A stretch of 64,000 nucleotides of DNA from Candidatus Hydrothermus pacificus (GTDB lineage: Bacteria > Hydrothermota > Hydrothermia > Hydrothermales > Hydrothermaceae): NCBI GenBank assembly GCA_002011615.1, contig MTOH01000008.1:6460-70459 (forward strand). The letters are read 5' to 3'. Numbering within the stretch: the stretch's first letter is position 1; the number at the start of each line of letters is the position of its first letter. A program made the position numbers and the translations under genes. Positions 59,842-64,000 of this stretch are shown here, piece by piece. Below the pieces are notes generated by a model, which was given only the letters and a program-made list of their open reading frames with translations, made no database searches and was not told the DNA's origin.

Positions 59842-61524
59842 ATGAAGCAAAACAATGAAAACATAAAGGAAGAAAAAGAAATTATTGAGAGATTAAAAAA
59901 GTCTCTTCTTAATAAAAAAAGTATTGTAGAATTCAAAATTGGCAAAGAGAATTGTTTAATATATGTTCTAACTAAGGATTGGGCGGGTCTTGTAGATGCA
60001 GTAGCAGGACTTTTACACAGGAGAAAATTCAACTTAAAATTTATAAAGGGAGAGGTTCTGGAGGAAGATATTGCAAGCCTTGTAATAGAAATAGAGTTTA
60101 AAAATCAGGAAGAGAAAAAAAACTTTGTCAGGCAAAAAGAAGAAATTAAAAGAAAAATAGAGTTAGTTTCAGAATATGACCCCGGTATGACCGAGATTCT
60201 CAAGAGCGGTATGATTAAAGTTGAAAAATTTAAAGAAACTTTGAGTCTATTATTTGAGAAAACAAAGGATAAAAGCGAGGATTACAGGCAAGGAATTTTA
60301 AAAGAGATAGAAAAGTTCTTTGCTTCCAGGTCGTGGTCTTATATAGATGAAAGAAAGTCTGAAGACCTCGCAAGGCAGATATTGACCAACTATGAATTAC
60401 AGATGGAAGTTAAAGAAAAAGGGGAGATTGCTGTAAACATAGAAAATGTAAAAACTTCAAGAGAACATCTTACATGCATTACTGTGGCCTGGTGGGACAG
60501 ATTTCTATATCTTGACTTTTTACTTGATATTTTAAGAGAAGTATTACCAAATTTCAAAAGGAAATTTGACAAACTGTTTACCACACCCGAAGGTATAACT
60601 GTAATAAGATTGGAAATCACTGATGAAAATGACAACCCTATTCCTTCGAATAAACATGCCTTTATAGAGAACTATATTAAAACCCATTTAAAAAAGGTCA
60701 CTTTGCCTCCACCAGAAAAAGTTCGCATAAGCCCGGAAATGGTGGGAAGGGTTCTTATACCAAGATTGATTGAAGAAACCAGGAAAACGAGTATACCTCA
60801 TGTCTATTTTATCTTGTCTGGAAGCACAAGAGAATATTTCTATATAAAAACTGTGTTTGTAACCCGGAACAGTAAGGAACATTATGTTAAAAATCTCTTA
60901 CAGATTCTGAAAAACAATGAAAATGTTTCAGTTGCCTCAATTAAACCTCCAACCAGAAGTGACGGTATGGAAATAAATATAGTGGACCTGAGGGCTTCAA
61001 GAAAAAATCTACCCTCCTATGAGGAATTTTACAGGGAAATAAAAGATATTTTTAAGAAAGTCTTGGGAAATTACAGAGATTTTGATGAAGGGATGAGACA
61101 GTTAGAGATAAAGAATCTTGAAGAGATTATGAAAATTTTATATTCCTATGACGCGGACCAGAATGATATAAAAAAGTTTTTTTACAGCCTTGATGAGTTC
61201 TATAGAGTTTCAACAAAACCAAAAGAACTCTCAAGGGCTTTTAAATTTATGTGGGAGACCCTGAAAAGTTCTGTTGCAGAGGGTGGTGGCTTTAAACTCG
61301 CAAAAAAACATTTAAAACAATCAAGTCTTTTGTGTATAACCGGCAGAGGAGCAGATAAATTTTTTGAAAGTCTTATAGAACATATATATGAAGGAGAAAA
61401 CTATATACTGAAATTTGAAGAGTTTGGCATTACAACATATCTTATAATTCTTTCTAAAAAGGGTGAAAAACTCAAGGATAAAGAGATCGATACAATATTG
61501 CAAAATGTTTCAATAAAATTTTAA
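59842..61524 (+). CDS. Hypothetical protein with N-terminal ACT-like domain(s) (560 aa)
   Basis: LIYVLTKDWAGLVDAVAGLLHRRKFNL resembles an ACT regulatory fold. The rest is unrecognised. It starts 2 nt after the glmS stop. Confidence 0.35.
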   Translation: MKQNNENIKEEKEIIERLKKSLLNKKSIVEFKIGKENCLIYVLTKDWAGLVDAVAGLLHRRKFNLKFIKGEVLEEDIASLVIEIEFKNQEEKKNFVRQKEEIKRKIELVSEYDPGMTEILKSGMIKVEKFKETLSLLFEKTKDKSEDYRQGILKEIEKFFASRSWSYIDERKSEDLARQILTNYELQMEVKEKGEIAVNIENVKTSREHLTCITVAWWDRFLYLDFLLDILREVLPNFKRKFDKLFTTPEGITVIRLEITDENDNPIPSNKHAFIENYIKTHLKKVTLPPPEKVRISPEMVGRVLIPRLIEETRKTSIPHVYFILSGSTREYFYIKTVFVTRNSKEHYVKNLLQILKNNENVSVASIKPPTRSDGMEINIVDLRASRKNLPSYEEFYREIKDIFKKVLGNYRDFDEGMRQLEIKNLEEIMKILYSYDADQNDIKKFFYSLDEFYRVSTKPKELSRAFKFMWETLKSSVAEGGGFKLAKKHLKQSSLLCITGRGADKFFESLIEHIYEGENYILKFEEFGITTYLIILSKKGEKLKDKEIDTILQNVSIKF

Positions 61525-61601
61525 TGGAATATTTGACAAAAATTTTTTATATACCTTAAAATGGTTTATGATTTATCAAGATTTTAAAGGAGGTTTTTAA
61601 A

Positions 61602-64000
61602 ATGTTGACTATATTGATGATTGCAGGAATAATCCTGAATCAAGGGAACCAAACAAAAGTGGAGATTACAATCGCCGGTAAAAGTCTCTCTCACTTATCT
61701 CTCAAACTCTCTTTGAAAGAACTCTCCTATTCCATTCAGAATTACGAAGGTGAGAGTTTTACTGCTTTTAATTTGAAAAATGTTGGAGTAACCGAAAAAG
61801 TAGGCTATCCAGAATTACCTGTTTTGAGAAAACTTTTTGAAATTCCTGAAAATGCAGAGGTGGATTTTCAGATAATATCTTTAAAAGAAGAAAAAATATC
61901 TCTAAAAGAATTAAACCTGCCTTTTGTAAAGCCAAGACTACCATCGGTTCCAAAAATAAAAGGAGCAAAACAGGAGTTTGTGATTGATAATAAAGTTTAC
62001 TCTACAGATAAATTTTTTCCTGAAAAGATTTTTGAAATCAAGCAGGCCGGAGTCATAAGAGGTCATGAAATAGCACAACTATGTTTTTATCCTGTAAGGT
62101 ATAATCCTGTTAAAAATGAGATTATAGTTATAACCGGATGTGATATAGAGATAACTTTCAGGGGCGGGAATCAGTCAAAAACTTTAAAAGCATATCAGGA
62201 AAGGGATAATGTGGTTTTTAAAGATTTTTTTAAAGACCATATATTAAACTACCCTCTTTTTAATCCAAACCCTCCTCCTCTACCTGTTGGTATGCTTATA
62301 ATTGTTCCGGATGAATGGGCTGATGAAATAACAACTCTTGCAAACTGGAAAAAGCAAAAAGGTTATTATGTAAAAATTGCAAAACTTTCGGAAACCGGTT
62401 CTGATACAATTTCCATAAGAAACTATATAATCAATCTTTACAACACATGGGACAAAAATTTAACTTTTGTCCTTCTTGTAGGAGATGTGGATAAAATTCC
62501 TTATTTCAGGTCTAATGAAGCAAATAATCCTGTAAACGATTTAAAATATGGACTTGTTGATGGAAATGATTATTTTCCTGACATATATGTTGGAAGAATA
62601 AGTGTTCTGGATACTGCTGAACTTCTAAATGTTACAAATAAAATAATCACTTATGAGAAGGTTCTATGGTCACAGGGAGAGGACTGGGCACAGAAGGCAT
62701 ACTTTATGGCATCGGATGATGGAGGATTTCATCAGGTTGCAGAATCAACCCATGTTTACTGTATGCAAATTGTCAGAAATCATGGAATGAACGCGGATAG
62801 CCTCTTCTATTACTACAACTCAGGAACACCTGTAGCAACGGCTTTTAATGATGGAAGGTCCTTAGGAACATATTCAGGTCACGGCTATGAACAGGGGTGG
62901 GCAGGTCCTCCTTTTGATATAAATGATGTATACAACCTGACGAACACGGACAAATACTCTTTTGTCCAGTCCTATGCATGTCTGACAGGTAAATTTGACC
63001 TTTCTGAATGCTACATGGAAGCATGGATAAGAGCACCTTCAAAAGGAGCAATAGCTTCATTCGGCTCATCGGTCTACTCTTACTGGGATGAGGATGATAT
63101 TCTGCAAAGAAGAGTATTTGATGAACTCTTTGACACAAATTATGTATGGGTTATGGGAGCAATAAATGAGGGAAAGATAGAGCTTTATAATCATTATGGG
63201 AATACCCCAATGATTCACAGATATTTTCAGATGTATAATCTTTTTGGGGACCCTTCCCTTGTTTTATTTACGAATGTTCCACTTGATTTAACCGTGAATC
63301 ATCCCTCTGCCATCCCGATGGGGAATGTTCAGATAGATGTAAATGTGAGTGATATAAACGGTGGTGTTGAAAATGCTCTTGTATGTGCAATGCAGAATGA
63401 TTCAATTCTTGATACAAAATATACAGATATTGTTGGAAATACCACTTTAAATTTAAACATAACATCAACAGATACAGTTTTTGTAAATGTAAATTCCTAC
63501 AATCACAAACCTTATACAGGATTTATACTTATTGTAACATCAGGACCTTATGTAATAAAAGGTTATTCAATTGCAAATGACCCATCAGGAAACAACAACG
63601 GAATTATAAATCCGGGTGAGGCCATTGACTACTCGGTCTATGCTGAAAATGTTGGTTCTGACCCTGCCTACGGTGTTTACGGAATTCTCACATCCACAGA
63701 CGCTACCGTTATTCAGGACTCCGCATGGTTCGGTAATATCCCTGCGGGTGATTCCTCTCTCGGCTCACCTGTATATCAGTTTCAGGTTCCTTCAAATGCC
63801 CAGAACAACCAGAACCTTTCGTTCACATTAACATTCCATGACTCAAATGACAGCACCTGGATAAGCAACTTCAGTCTAACTGTTTATAAGCCCGTTATCT
63901 CAAAGGAAAGGGAATATGTGACAAATGATGGAAACGGTAACGGTGTTTTAGAACCCGATGAACAGGGCGATTTAATCGTTGTAATTAAGAATACAGGTGG
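61602..64000 (+). CDS. Gingipain-like cysteine peptidase (family C25) with propeptide and C-terminal Ig/CARDB-like domains, 3' partial
   Basis: Signal/TM region followed by a C25 catalytic core with His (YSGHGYEQGW) and Cys (QSYACLTGKFD). The open frame runs to the end of the window. RBS AAGGAGG upstream. Confidence 0.65.
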   Translation, partial: MLTILMIAGIILNQGNQTKVEITIAGKSLSHLSLKLSLKELSYSIQNYEGESFTAFNLKNVGVTEKVGYPELPVLRKLFEIPENAEVDFQIISLKEEKISLKELNLPFVKPRLPSVPKIKGAKQEFVIDNKVYSTDKFFPEKIFEIKQAGVIRGHEIAQLCFYPVRYNPVKNEIIVITGCDIEITFRGGNQSKTLKAYQERDNVVFKDFFKDHILNYPLFNPNPPPLPVGMLIIVPDEWADEITTLANWKKQKGYYVKIAKLSETGSDTISIRNYIINLYNTWDKNLTFVLLVGDVDKIPYFRSNEANNPVNDLKYGLVDGNDYFPDIYVGRISVLDTAELLNVTNKIITYEKVLWSQGEDWAQKAYFMASDDGGFHQVAESTHVYCMQIVRNHGMNADSLFYYYNSGTPVATAFNDGRSLGTYSGHGYEQGWAGPPFDINDVYNLTNTDKYSFVQSYACLTGKFDLSECYMEAWIRAPSKGAIASFGSSVYSYWDEDDILQRRVFDELFDTNYVWVMGAINEGKIELYNHYGNTPMIHRYFQMYNLFGDPSLVLFTNVPLDLTVNHPSAIPMGNVQIDVNVSDINGGVENALVCAMQNDSILDTKYTDIVGNTTLNLNITSTDTVFVNVNSYNHKPYTGFILIVTSGPYVIKGYSIANDPSGNNNGIINPGEAIDYSVYAENVGSDPAYGVYGILTSTDATVIQDSAWFGNIPAGDSSLGSPVYQFQVPSNAQNNQNLSFTLTFHDSNDSTWISNFSLTVYKPVISKEREYVTNDGNGNGVLEPDEQGDLIVVIKNTG

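Noticed and set aside
63616-63831. 71-aa plus-strand ORF listed in the ORF track inside the C25 peptidase gene
   Set aside because: An alternative-frame ORF inside a long, clearly protein-like reading frame. I first suspected a frameshift in the peptidase here. A careful re-read of 63590..63620 shows the main frame continues uninterrupted.

Overview
This is low-GC (roughly one-third G+C) chromosomal DNA from a diderm bacterium with Lys/Glu/Ile-rich proteins, which suggests a thermophile. It carries LapA/LapB, TolC, a Lol/MacB-type ABC system, PilMNOP, a TonB-dependent-receptor-like outer-membrane protein (OMP) and multihaem cytochrome c, and is densely coded on both strands. Housekeeping genes: thrS 3' end, infC, rpsA, cmk, plsC, xerC/D-type recombinase, CCA enzyme, two MiaB-family methylthiotransferases, mutS, purC/purE/purM, gyrA, glmS, a Sua5/YrdC–low-molecular-weight protein-tyrosine-phosphatase (LMW-PTP) fusion and one tRNA-Thr(GGU). 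Accessory islands stand out: (i) hypC–hypD translationally coupled to a TonB-dependent-receptor-like OMP, with an Mth938-like gene divergent; (ii) a same-strand cassette kamA (2,3-aminomutase radical SAM, frameshifted) – unknown 356-aa protein – two tandem D-Ala–D-Ala-ligase-like ATP-grasp genes – purE – purC, with a divergent XRE–cupin regulator; (iii) a redox/metal island: CDGSH Fe-S protein, hemerythrin-like protein, TspO, pyrimidine-dimer glycosylase, MarR-like regulator, octahaem c-type cytochrome (epsilon-Hao/ONR-like) and a ZIP transporter; (iv) a minus-strand polysaccharide-export locus: epimerase, AAA ATPase, BY-kinase, Wzz-domain protein, FAD oxidoreductase, Wza, a NusG/RfaH-like paralogue and a secreted TPR protein. 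Its intergenic leaders share a family of repeat elements: a 27–28-nt core motif present 4 times, a C6/G6 hairpin, 33-nt degenerate tandem repeats, purine AATGG/GGA tracts and 9-nt GTTTATTGN repeats. Three genes (kamA, Wzz/Wzc, FAD oxidoreductase) are split by apparent frameshifts, two of them at homopolymer runs, so sequence-quality artefacts are likely. The window ends in a partial gingipain-like C25 peptidase. No CRISPR array, transposase or prophage was recognised.
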